In this document: piece after piece, positions 21,211-30,618 of the stretch | Position numbering within the stretch: position 1 is the stretch's first letter | Layout: every line of letters begins with the position of its first letter | Source: an uncultured Gemmatimonadales bacterium | Lineage (GTDB): Bacteria; Gemmatimonadota; Gemmatimonadetes; Gemmatimonadales; GWC2-71-9 | DNA: 64,000 nucleotides | Assembly: GCA_963730185.1 (NCBI GenBank) | Contig: CAVSQW010000015.1 | Span: forward strand, 704,001 to 768,000 | Reading direction: 5' to 3' | The notes under the pieces: model-generated | Told to the model about the DNA's origin: nothing | The model's database searches: none | What the model saw: the letters and a program-made list of their open reading frames with translations, nothing else | Program-made: the position numbers and the translations under genes

Positions 21211-22503
21211 CTACGGCCGCGCCGAGGGACCGGGTTTCAGGACCCGGCCGCCCTGCATCACCCAGCTCACCCGCTGGGTGACCGTGATGTCCTCGACCGG
21301 ATTGCCGGGGACCGCGATCAGGTCGGCCAACTGGTCCGGCGCGATCCGGCCACGATCCGTGACGTCCAGGCACTCGGCCGCGTACGTCGTCGCGGTTCGG
21401 AGCGCTTCGACCGGGCTCATTCCGGCCTTGACGTAGGTCGCGAACTCGTGCGCGTTCTCGCCGTGGGGGTAGACCCCGGCGTCGGTCCCGAACGCGATCT
21501 TCACGCCCGCGGCGATCGCTTTTCGGAGACTCTGCCGGGCCAGAGGCATCACCGTCCTGGCCTTCTGCTGCACCAGGGGCGGCAGCACGTCGAGGTTGAT
21601 CCGGTCGACCAGATAGGCTGTCGGCACCAGCCAGGTACCGCGCTCCTTCATCATCGCGATCGCCTCGTCGTCCAGGATCGACCCGTGCTCGATCGACCAG
21701 ACGCCGGCCCGGACCGCGGCCTTGATGCCCTCGGTCCCATGGGCGTGGGCCGCCACCTTGACGCCGTGGCGGTTGGCCTCGTCGACCATCGCCTTGAGCT
21801 CCTCGTAGCTGTACTGCTGGGCGCCGACCGGGCCCTCGAGCGAGAGCACCCCGGCGGTCGCGCAGGTCTTGATGACCTTGGCGCCGTGCTTGATCTGGTA
21901 GCGCACGGCCTTGACCACCTCCCAGGGACCGTCGGCGACCCCGTCCTCCGGGGTCTGCTCCAGCACCCCGGGCGCGAAGCCGGTCACGTCGCAGTGGCCG
22001 CCGGTGATCCCGATCAGGTCACGGGAGGGGATCACCCGGGGACCGACCACCAGTCCCTTGTCCACGGCCTTGCCGAGGGCCACGGTGACGTCGCCGCCGA
22101 AGTCGCGGACCGTGGTGAAGCCGGCCATCACCGTCTTGACTGCGTTCGACGCGGCCTCGAAGGCGTAGTCGGCCATGGTGTTGGTGACCGGGGCGGTGAA
22201 CGAGTTGGGGCCGAGCTGCAGGGCCAGGTGGGTATGGAGGTCGATGAACCCGGGCAGGATGGTAACGTCGCCCAAGTCGATGGTCCGGGCCCCGGACGGG
22301 AGGGAGGACGGATTGACGGCCGCGATCTGGTCGCCCTCGATCACGATGACCGGGTTGGCGACGATCCGGCCCGCCACCGGATCGAACATCCGGGCGGCGC
22401 GGACCACGGTCGCCGGGCTGGACTGGGCTGGGGCAATGGAGGGTCGGGCGGCCGCGAGGCAAATCACGAGCGCCATCGAGCGCCGGAGAGCGCGAAGTCG
22501 CAT
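21211..22503 (-). CDS. Secreted amidohydrolase (Xaa-Pro dipeptidase-like)
   Basis: Signal peptide, then PGFIDLHTH, GFTTVRD, AAHAHG, SIEHG and FGTDAGV. Confidence 0.9.
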   Translation of the reverse strand: MRLRALRRSMALVICLAAARPSIAPAQSSPATVVRAARMFDPVAGRIVANPVIVIEGDQIAAVNPSSLPSGARTIDLGDVTILPGFIDLHTHLALQLGPNSFTAPVTNTMADYAFEAASNAVKTVMAGFTTVRDFGGDVTVALGKAVDKGLVVGPRVIPSRDLIGITGGHCDVTGFAPGVLEQTPEDGVADGPWEVVKAVRYQIKHGAKVIKTCATAGVLSLEGPVGAQQYSYEELKAMVDEANRHGVKVAAHAHGTEGIKAAVRAGVWSIEHGSILDDEAIAMMKERGTWLVPTAYLVDRINLDVLPPLVQQKARTVMPLARQSLRKAIAAGVKIAFGTDAGVYPHGENAHEFATYVKAGMSPVEALRTATTYAAECLDVTDRGRIAPDQLADLIAVPGNPVEDITVTQRVSWVMQGGRVLKPGPSARP

Positions 22504-22682
22504 GAGAATCTCTCGAAAAGGGAGTGGGACGGCGCGGGAAAGCTGCCCTCCCGCCGGGCGGCGTGCAACCCGCTGCGGGACTGAGGCTTGCTTGATCCCC
22601 CGTCGCGGCCGGGGTTACGTTTGGCCCAGGCGCGTTTCCGCGCGGTCAGTCCTCACGAGGTCACCTTCCACCCCCCGCACCC

Positions 22683-24347
22683 TTGACCCCCAAGCCCGAT
22701 CGAGCGCCGACCAAGGAGCCGCCCCGGCCCAGCCGCCTCCGGGGGCTCACCGACGAGTATCGTGAGCTGGCCGAGCGTCTCCGCCAAGGTGGCGGCCCGG
22801 ACCGAGTGGCCAAGATGCACCGCCAGGGCAAGCTCTCGCCCCGGGAGCGGGTGGCCGGGCTGCTCGATCCGGGCGCGCCGTGGGTCGAGGTCGGCCTCCT
22901 GGTGGCCTACGATCGCTACGACGGCCAGGCCCCCGGGGCGGGAGTGATCACGGGCGTGGGTGTCGTCGAGGGGCGGGAAGTGGTGGTGGTCGCCAACGAC
23001 GCGACCGTAAAGGCCGGCTCCTGGTGGCCCGAGACCATCGGGAAGATCCTCCGGGCCCAGGAGATCGCGATGCGCCAGCGCATCCCGATCATCTACCTGG
23101 TCGACAGCGCCGGGGTGAACCTTCCCTACCAGGGCGGGGTGTTCCCGGGTCAGTACGGCGCCGCTCGGATCTTCTATTACAACTCGATCATGCGGCGCTA
23201 CCTGCACGTGCCGCAGATCAGCGCGGTGATGGGTAGCTGCGTGGCCGGGGGGGCGTACCTCCCGGCGCTCTCCGACGTGATCTTCATGGTCGACGGCACC
23301 AGCTTCATGGGGCTGGGCGGGGCCAACCTGGTCAAGGGCGCCACCGGCCAGACCGTCGACGGCGAGGAGCTGGGCGGCGCCCGGACCCACACCGAGATCA
23401 GCGCCGTGGCCCATTACATGGCCGCGAACGACAAGGAGTGCCTGACCAAGATCCGCCAGTACGTGGGTCGGTTGCCGCGCTCGCCGGGTCTTCAGCACCG
23501 GCTGGCGGAGGTCGAGGCCCCCAAACGCTCTGCCGAGGATCTCTACCAGATCCTGCCGGAAAATCACCGGATGTCGTACCACGTGCGCGAGCTGCTCGAC
23601 TGCCTCCTCGACGGCGGCCGGCTGGAGGAGTTCCAGCCGCGAGTGGCGCAGGAGATGATCTGCGGCCACGCCCGGATCGAGGGCTGGCCGGTGGCCGTGA
23701 TCGTGAATGACCGCCGCCTGATCAAGGGCAAGAAGGGCGAGCCGCCCCGGTTCGGCGGGATCATCTATACCGAAAGCGCCGAGAAGGTGGCCTACTTCAT
23801 CGAGACCGCGAGCCGGGAGCGGCTCCCGATCCTGTTCATCCAGGACGTGAGCGGCTTCATGGTGGGGCCCGAGGCGGAGCACTCTGGCATCATCCGGGCC
23901 GGCGCCCGTTTCGTCGAGGCGATGGCCACCGCCGTGGTGCCCCGAATCGTGCTGACTGTGAACCATGCCTCGGGCGCCGGCTATTACGCCATGGCGGGGC
24001 AGGGCTTCGATCCGGACTTCATCGTCTCGCTGCCGACCGGACGGATGGGCGTGATGGAAGGCGAGTCGGCCATCATGGCGGTCCACGGCCGCGAGATCGA
24101 GAAGGCCAAGAAGGAAAAGCGGCCGGTGGCTCCGGACACCGAGGCGGCCATCGATCAGATGCGGGCCGACTACGACCGCGATCTCGACGCCCGCCACGCC
24201 GCGGCCCGAGGACAGGTCGACGCCATCGTGGCCCCGGAAGAGACCCGCGCCACGCTGGCGTTTCTGCTCCGCGTCTCGGCCAATTATGCCGGGCCCCACC
24301 TCGGGGCCTTCGTCCTGCCTCCCCTGGATGCCAATGCGCCGGCCTGA
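22683..24347 (+). CDS. Acyl-CoA carboxylase carboxyltransferase (beta) subunit, MCC-beta-like
   Basis: Motifs ANDATVKAG, VDSAG, GSCVAGGAY, ELGGA, QDVSGFMVG and GAGYYAM. The TTG start is approximate. Confidence 0.9.
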   Translation: MTPKPDRAPTKEPPRPSRLRGLTDEYRELAERLRQGGGPDRVAKMHRQGKLSPRERVAGLLDPGAPWVEVGLLVAYDRYDGQAPGAGVITGVGVVEGREVVVVANDATVKAGSWWPETIGKILRAQEIAMRQRIPIIYLVDSAGVNLPYQGGVFPGQYGAARIFYYNSIMRRYLHVPQISAVMGSCVAGGAYLPALSDVIFMVDGTSFMGLGGANLVKGATGQTVDGEELGGARTHTEISAVAHYMAANDKECLTKIRQYVGRLPRSPGLQHRLAEVEAPKRSAEDLYQILPENHRMSYHVRELLDCLLDGGRLEEFQPRVAQEMICGHARIEGWPVAVIVNDRRLIKGKKGEPPRFGGIIYTESAEKVAYFIETASRERLPILFIQDVSGFMVGPEAEHSGIIRAGARFVEAMATAVVPRIVLTVNHASGAGYYAMAGQGFDPDFIVSLPTGRMGVMEGESAIMAVHGREIEKAKKEKRPVAPDTEAAIDQMRADYDRDLDARHAAARGQVDAIVAPEETRATLAFLLRVSANYAGPHLGAFVLPPLDANAPA

Positions 24348-27144
24348 GCGATTCCTGGCCGGGCTGCTGGTGCTCGCGGCGTGCGCGCCGCGCCCCACCA
24401 CCACCCCGGCCCCCAACATGGATCCGGGGCGGACCCCGCCCCCACCAGCGGCCGTTCCGCCTCCGCCTCCACCCCCGGCCAGTCCCATCCTGCCCGCGAG
24501 CGAAGCCTTCCGCCGCGGGCTTCTGCCAGTGACCTCCACCAACGTCTGGGCCTACCGCCAGGATCACCCGACCTACGATGGGCGCGGGGTGCTGATCGGG
24601 GTCATGGACAGCGGCATCGATCCCACCATCCCCGGGTTGGGGGTCACCAGTACCGGCGACCCCAAGATCGTCGACCTCCGGGACTTTTCCGGCGAGGGGC
24701 GGGTCCCGCTGACGGCGATCGCGCCGTCCGGCGACAGCCTGACGGTGGACGGGGTAACCGTGCGTGGCCTGGCCCGGGTGGCCGGCTTCAATCCCCAGGG
24801 CCCCTTCTACCTCGGCACCCTGGTGGAGCGCCGGCTCGGCGAGATGCCGGCCAGCGACCTGAACGGGAACGGGACCAACCGCGATCGGCTGCCGGTGGTC
24901 GTAACCCGGGCGACCGATGGTTGGGTACTCTTCGCCGACACCGATGGCGACGGCTCGCTCGAGAACGAGCGGCCGGTGCACGACTACCTCCAGGCCCGGG
25001 AAACGTTCGGCTGGAGCACCGGCGGGCGGCCGTCGCCCCTCGGCGTCGCGGTCAACCTGGCCGACTCGGCCGGTGTTCCTCGGCTCGATCTCGTTTTCGA
25101 CAACAGCGGCCATGGCTCCCACGTCACCGGGATCGCGTCCGGCCACGACCTCTACGGCGTCAAGGGGTTCGACGGCGTGGCGCCGGGCGCTCAGGTGCTC
25201 GGCCTCAAGATCGCCAACGACGCCTTGGGCGGGATCTCCGTGACCGGCAGCATGGTCCGGGCGATGGACTATGCCGTCCGGTTCGCCAAGGACCGCGGGC
25301 TCCCCCTAGTGCTCAACCTGAGCTTCGGGGTGGGCAACGAGCAGGAAGGGAAGGCTCGGATCGACGCCCTGATGGACTCGGTCCTCGCCGCCAACCCCGG
25401 CGTGGTGCTGACCACCAGCGCCGGCAACGACGGCCCCGGCCTGTCCACCATGGGGTTCCCGGCCTCGGCCGCGCTGCCAATCACCATCGGCGCCACCTGG
25501 CCGGCGGTCTTTACCGGCCGCCCGGTCGGCGACGTGGTCGCCTTCTTCAGCGCCAGGGGCGCCGAGTTGGCCAAGCCGGATGTCGTGGCCCCCGGCATCG
25601 CGTACTCGAGCGTGCCTCGGTGGAACACCGGGGACGAGAACAAGAGCGGCACCAGCATGGCCTCGCCCCACGCCGCCGGCGTGGTGGCCTTGCTGCTTTC
25701 GGCCGCGAAGCAGGACGGTCGGACCGTCACCGCCGCCCAGGTCAAGCAGGCGATGGTCGGCTCCGCTCGTCCGTTGGCCGACGCGCTGCCGGTCGGGCAG
25801 GGGGCTGGGCTGATCGACGTCGTCGCCGCCGACGCCGTCCTCCGCCGCTTGCCCGCGATCGCCACCATGCGGGCGCAGGTGGGCTCGCTCCCGAGCGGCG
25901 GTGCCTATCGCCTGCTGGTGACGGGAGACTCGCCCGACACGACCGTCACCCTGTCTCTCGAGGGCGCCCTCCCCGGACCGATTCGGCTCCGGAGCGACGC
26001 GGCCTGGCTTCAGGTGCCGGCCTCGGTGACGCTCACTCCACCCCGGACCACGGTCTCCGCGGTGCTTCGGACCGGGATTCTCACGGCGCCCGGAGTGTAC
26101 GCCGGCACCATCACGGGGTGGGCGTCCGATACCACGATCGGGCCTCTCTTTCGGACCACCGCGACCGCGATCCGCCCGGCCACGGTGCCCGACTCAGGCT
26201 ACTCGATGACGGCCAGCCTGCCGCCGGGGGGGAATGCCCGGCTGTTCTTCGCCGCCGATACGGCTCGGCCGTTCCACGTGAGGGTCGGCGCCGGCCGGGG
26301 CGGTCAGACGGTGCTCGGCTTCCTCTACGAGCCCGGTGGGCAGCCCAACCGGACCGACAACCTCCTGCCGGGTGGCTTCGGCGATCGCGCCGCCAACTAC
26401 GAGATCGACGCCCGCGACCTCGAGCCGGGCGTCTACGAAGCCGTCGCCGCGGCCCCCCCCGGTGACTCGGCCACGGCGGTGGTGACGGTAACCCGGTCGC
26501 CGGTGGAGCTCCGGGCGGCCCGGACCCATCGTGATACGGTGGTCGCCACGGTCACCAATCGGGAGGCCGGGTCGGTCAGCGGCGCCGTGATGTTCGGCCT
26601 GGTCGGCGCCGAGCGCCGGCTCTCGTTCAGCCAGCGGGGCGGGGCGGCCCGGCGGGTGCCGGTCCGAGTACCCGCCTGGGCCCGCCGCCTGGTGGTGGAG
26701 CTCACCTTGCCCCGGGAGGAATGGCCCCTGTTCACCGACCTGGGTCTCTCGGTCTTCGACGGCTCCGGCCAGCTGCTCAAAGCCGAGCCGCTCAATTACC
26801 ATCTCGGCCGCCTGGCGATCGAGGTGCCGTCGGGCCTCGCCGGACACGACGCCGTGATCGAGGTGAGTCCCGGTTTCGCCGACCCCGTCCCGACCGCCCT
26901 CTGGAGTGGCGAGCTCGGGATCCGCTTCTACACCGAGACGCCAAGCCTGGTCACGGCGGCCAGCGCGACCGAGTTCCAGCTGGCGCCCGGAGCCACCACC
27001 ACGTCGCGGTTCGTGCTCGGCAAACTGCCCTTCGCCCTGGGCGACGGCTTCTTCCCGCTCGGGAACCTGGTCGTCGACGCGCGGGGCACCCTCTGGGGCC
27101 GGGAGACGCCCCTGCCCGAGCCGGCCCCGCCCGTCATGCGATGA
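24334..27144 (+). CDS. S8 subtilase lipoprotein, tripeptidyl-peptidase II-like
   Basis: Lipobox LAAC and a Pro-rich linker. Triad motifs VMDSGID, HGSHVTGI and SGTSMASP, with the oxyanion motif SAGNDGP. Confidence 0.88.
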   Translation: MRRPERFLAGLLVLAACAPRPTTTPAPNMDPGRTPPPPAAVPPPPPPPASPILPASEAFRRGLLPVTSTNVWAYRQDHPTYDGRGVLIGVMDSGIDPTIPGLGVTSTGDPKIVDLRDFSGEGRVPLTAIAPSGDSLTVDGVTVRGLARVAGFNPQGPFYLGTLVERRLGEMPASDLNGNGTNRDRLPVVVTRATDGWVLFADTDGDGSLENERPVHDYLQARETFGWSTGGRPSPLGVAVNLADSAGVPRLDLVFDNSGHGSHVTGIASGHDLYGVKGFDGVAPGAQVLGLKIANDALGGISVTGSMVRAMDYAVRFAKDRGLPLVLNLSFGVGNEQEGKARIDALMDSVLAANPGVVLTTSAGNDGPGLSTMGFPASAALPITIGATWPAVFTGRPVGDVVAFFSARGAELAKPDVVAPGIAYSSVPRWNTGDENKSGTSMASPHAAGVVALLLSAAKQDGRTVTAAQVKQAMVGSARPLADALPVGQGAGLIDVVAADAVLRRLPAIATMRAQVGSLPSGGAYRLLVTGDSPDTTVTLSLEGALPGPIRLRSDAAWLQVPASVTLTPPRTTVSAVLRTGILTAPGVYAGTITGWASDTTIGPLFRTTATAIRPATVPDSGYSMTASLPPGGNARLFFAADTARPFHVRVGAGRGGQTVLGFLYEPGGQPNRTDNLLPGGFGDRAANYEIDARDLEPGVYEAVAAAPPGDSATAVVTVTRSPVELRAARTHRDTVVATVTNREAGSVSGAVMFGLVGAERRLSFSQRGGAARRVPVRVPAWARRLVVELTLPREEWPLFTDLGLSVFDGSGQLLKAEPLNYHLGRLAIEVPSGLAGHDAVIEVSPGFADPVPTALWSGELGIRFYTETPSLVTAASATEFQLAPGATTTSRFVLGKLPFALGDGFFPLGNLVVDARGTLWGRETPLPEPAPPVMR

Positions 27145-27299
27145 AGGTGGTCCGGCTGGGCCTGGGCCTGGCCGGCATCGTCCTGGCCATCATCGGGGTC
27201 ACCCGCGACGATCGCCGGATCGTCTGGGTCGCCATCGTGGCCCTGATCGTAGCGCTGGCTCTCCGGCTCATGGACCGTCGCGACCGCTCGACTCGATAG
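27141..27299 (+). CDS. Small two-TM membrane protein (52 aa)
   Basis: ATGA overlap with the protease stop. Sequence is MKVVRLGLGLAGIVLAIIGVTRDDRRIVWVAIVALIVALALRL... Confidence 0.65.
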   Translation: MKVVRLGLGLAGIVLAIIGVTRDDRRIVWVAIVALIVALALRLMDRRDRSTR

Positions 27300-27364
27300 G
27301 CCGACGCAACCTCTCCGGCGTTCGGCGGGTCTGAGCAGGGGACTCGACTGCCTCGGAGCACCTC

Positions 27365-28621
27365 ATGTGCGCGTTCGGCCGGCCCGCCCTCTCCCTCGTC
27401 TCGATCCTGCTTCTGGCCGGCTGCGGGCGATCAGCCGCCGGCGGAGGGTTGAGCGTCGGGGTCGACTCCACCCCCGACACGGTGTTCGTGCAGGTCGCCG
27501 GCGCCGTCCCGCCGAGCCAGGACCGGCGGCTGGTCGAGGAGCTGAGAATCGCCCCCCCCGCCGACGATACCTCGCTGTTCACCCAGGTGTCCGGCTTCGC
27601 CGTGGACCGGGCCGGCCGCTTCTGGGCCTACGATCGCCCCACGCGATCGATCTTTCTCTTCGGCCCCGACGGCCGGCTGAGCCGGCGGATCGGGCGCGAG
27701 GGCGGTGGACCCGGAGAATTCCGAGGCAACAACGGCGTGGCGGTTCTCCCCGACGGCCGGGTCGCGGTTCTCGACGCGGCGAACGCCCGGATCTCGTTCC
27801 TCGACTCGACCGGAACCTTTCTGGAGAGCTGGCGGGTGCCGGCTGGATTCTCCACCGGCAACGGGCTCCGTACCGATCGCTCGGGCTCGCTCGAGCTGGT
27901 CCGGCCCGTCACCGGCCCCCGCGAAGGCGAGATCATCGGGCGGCTCGGCCTGGTCCGGCTCCGGGCGGGCGGAGGGTTCGGTGACTCGCTCCTGCCGCCG
28001 GACCTTCCGGTGCTGCGAGAGCCGTACGTGGCCAAGGTGGTGCAGGCCGGGAAGGTCGTCGGGGCGACGTCGGTCGGCTCGGACTACGCCCCCCGCTACC
28101 ACTGGACCTGGCATCCGGACGGCTACTTCGTCGTCGCCAACGGCGGGACCGGCGAGATGATCCTGGCCCGGCCGGACCGGAGGCCGCTGGCCATCGTCCG
28201 GTCGGCGCCCGCCGTGCCGATCCCGGACGACGCCCGGGCCGAAGAACGGGCCAGCATCACCCACCAGCTGCGGCGGAACGTCCCCGACTGGCGATGGTCG
28301 GGGCCGGACATCCCCGCCACCCTGGCGCCGATCCTCCGGCTGGCGGTCGGGCGCGACGGACGGATCTGGGCCCAGGTGGCCGCGCCCCTCGAGCGGATCC
28401 CGGACCAGGAGCTCGTGATTCCCCGCGATTCGACCGCGCTGGTCAGGCACTATCGGATTCCCACCGTCTTCGAGGTCTACAGTCCGGATGGCCGCTTCGT
28501 CGCCCGGGTGACCGCGCCGCCGTCGGTCCAGCTGATGGAGTCCGACGGCGACCGGGTGTGGGCGCTGGCTCGGGACGAGAACGACCTGCCCGCGCTGGTG
28601 CGGTTCAGGCTGGCGCCGTAG
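27365..28621 (+). CDS. Beta-propeller (NHL/6-bladed type) lipoprotein
   Basis: Lipobox LAGC, motif IGREGGGPGEF, and repeated D..G.(F/I)W blades. Confidence 0.75.
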   Translation: MCAFGRPALSLVSILLLAGCGRSAAGGGLSVGVDSTPDTVFVQVAGAVPPSQDRRLVEELRIAPPADDTSLFTQVSGFAVDRAGRFWAYDRPTRSIFLFGPDGRLSRRIGREGGGPGEFRGNNGVAVLPDGRVAVLDAANARISFLDSTGTFLESWRVPAGFSTGNGLRTDRSGSLELVRPVTGPREGEIIGRLGLVRLRAGGGFGDSLLPPDLPVLREPYVAKVVQAGKVVGATSVGSDYAPRYHWTWHPDGYFVVANGGTGEMILARPDRRPLAIVRSAPAVPIPDDARAEERASITHQLRRNVPDWRWSGPDIPATLAPILRLAVGRDGRIWAQVAAPLERIPDQELVIPRDSTALVRHYRIPTVFEVYSPDGRFVARVTAPPSVQLMESDGDRVWALARDENDLPALVRFRLAP

Positions 28622-28710
28622 TTTCCGCGGCGTCGATCGGCGCGCGACATGGCACCGGTCGAGCGGTTTTTCGGTTAGGCCCGTTTCGTGTGACCAGGCC
28701 ATCGTCAGGC

Positions 28711-30618
28711 ATGTCCTTGCCTTCGGTGGTCGCTCCGGCGAGCGAGGTCGACCTTCTCGCCCCGGCCCGCTCGCTGCTGGCCCGGCACTTCGGCTATCCC
28801 GACTTCCGGGCGCCGCAGGCCCGGGTCGTCCGCTCCGTCCTCCGCCGTCGTGACACACTCGGCGTGCTGCCCACCGGGGCGGGGAAGTCGGTCTGTTTTC
28901 AGATTCCGGCCCTCCTGTTCGAGGGGCTCACCGTCGTGATCTCACCGCTGGTCGCGTTGATGCACGATCAGGTGGAAGCCGCCCGCGCCCGGGGCATCGC
29001 CGCCCGGTGCCTCAACAGTCTGCAACCGCGCTCGCTCCAGGCCGAGATCAAGGGCGAGCTGCTCCGGGGCGAGCTCAAGCTGCTGTATGTGGCGCCCGAA
29101 CGGTGCCCGACCCTCCGAAAGGAGATCGAGGCCGGCGGCGTCCGGGTGGCGCTGCTGGCGGTCGACGAGGCCCACTGCCTGGCCGAATGGGGTCACGACT
29201 TCCGGCCCGCCTATCTCGGGCTCCGGAAATTCCGGGAAGCGGTGGGGCACCCACCCACCGTCGCCCTCACCGGCAGCGCCACGCCCGCGGTCCGGACCGA
29301 GATCGCGGCCGCACTGGGACTCGGTCGCCGGGGCGGCTACGACCTCCACCTCGGCTCGTTCGATCGGCGGAATCTCTGGTTTGGCGTGGTCCGGGTCGGG
29401 AGCGAGCGCGAGCGCCTTCGTCGTCTGCTCGATCTGCTCCGGACCGACGACCGGGTGGCGATCGTCTATGCGTCCACCCGGAACCTCACCGAGGCGCTCG
29501 CGAGGGTGCTGAACGAACGGGGCTTCCGGGCGGCGGCGTACCACGCCGGCCTCTCGCGGGAGCGACGGAGTCAGGTCCTGGAGGAATTCCTCGACGATCG
29601 ACTCGAGGTCGTCACCGCGACCTGCGCCTTCGGCATGGGGATCGACAAGCCGAACGTCCGGCTGGTCGTGCACTGGACCATGCCGGCCACGCCCGAGTCG
29701 TACTACCAGGAGGCGGGCCGAGCCGGCCGCGACGGCCAGCTGGCGCGCTGCGTTCTCCTCTACCGCGACGGCGACGCCGAGCTGCCGCGCCGCCAGCTGA
29801 GCGTGACCTTTCCGGATCGGCGGGTCGTGGAGCGCGCCTGGGCCGATCCGGCCGCCCGGGCCAAACTGCCCCGGAACGTGGCGGCGTCGGTGGAGCGGCT
29901 GGGGCGGGAGCTCTGGTGGGGCAGGAGCAAGTCGCGATGGGGCCGGGTGGAGCGGCGGCGCCGAGCAGCCGAGCGGCGCCTCGAAGCCGTGATGCGGTAC
30001 GCCTCCTCAGGCCACTGCCGCCGGCAGGCGATCCTGGAATACTTCGGCGAGCGCCTGGTCCGGTGCTCGGGGTGCGACCGGTGCGGGGCGCCGCGGCTGA
30101 CGCTCCGCGAGCCTGGTGCCCGGGCCCGCCTCCGCCGACTCGCCCGCCTCTCGCGGCGGACCGACGAGCCCTGGCCCGGCGGGCTGATCGACGCCAGGAC
30201 CCTGGGGCTCTTGGCCGCTCGGCCGCCGGCATCGATTGCGGAGCTCGCCTCGGTGCCGGGCATCGGGCCGGTCCTGGCGGCCCGGCATGGACGCGAGATC
30301 CTGGTCGCGCTCGCCGAGGCCTCCGGAGCGACCGCGCCGTCCTTGCCGGCCTCACTCACCGCCTGGCGGCTCCACCGGGCCCGAGAGCTCTCGGTGCCCG
30401 AGCCGCTCGTCGCCAGCGATGCCTTGCTCCAGGCCTTGGCAACGGAACGCCCCGCCACCCGTGCCGCCTTGGCCCGCTGTCCCGGCGTCGGGCCTCGGCT
30501 CCTGGCGGTGGAGGCCGAGGCCCTGCTGGCGCTGATCCGGGAGCTGCCTAACGAAGGTGCGTCGCCAGCCAGTCCACCAGCGTCCCGATCACCTGCCGGC
30601 TCACCGCCCGATCCTTGA
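28711..30618 (+). CDS. recQ: RecQ-family DNA helicase with two HRDC-like domains
   Basis: Motifs LPTGAGKS, DEAHC..WGHDFRP, AFGMGIDK and YYQEAGRAGRDG. Zn motif CRR..CSGCDRC, followed by two PG(I/V)GP HRDC-like repeats. Confidence 0.9.
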   Translation: MSLPSVVAPASEVDLLAPARSLLARHFGYPDFRAPQARVVRSVLRRRDTLGVLPTGAGKSVCFQIPALLFEGLTVVISPLVALMHDQVEAARARGIAARCLNSLQPRSLQAEIKGELLRGELKLLYVAPERCPTLRKEIEAGGVRVALLAVDEAHCLAEWGHDFRPAYLGLRKFREAVGHPPTVALTGSATPAVRTEIAAALGLGRRGGYDLHLGSFDRRNLWFGVVRVGSERERLRRLLDLLRTDDRVAIVYASTRNLTEALARVLNERGFRAAAYHAGLSRERRSQVLEEFLDDRLEVVTATCAFGMGIDKPNVRLVVHWTMPATPESYYQEAGRAGRDGQLARCVLLYRDGDAELPRRQLSVTFPDRRVVERAWADPAARAKLPRNVAASVERLGRELWWGRSKSRWGRVERRRRAAERRLEAVMRYASSGHCRRQAILEYFGERLVRCSGCDRCGAPRLTLREPGARARLRRLARLSRRTDEPWPGGLIDARTLGLLAARPPASIAELASVPGIGPVLAARHGREILVALAEASGATAPSLPASLTAWRLHRARELSVPEPLVASDALLQALATERPATRAALARCPGVGPRLLAVEAEALLALIRELPNEGASPASPPASRSPAGSPPDP

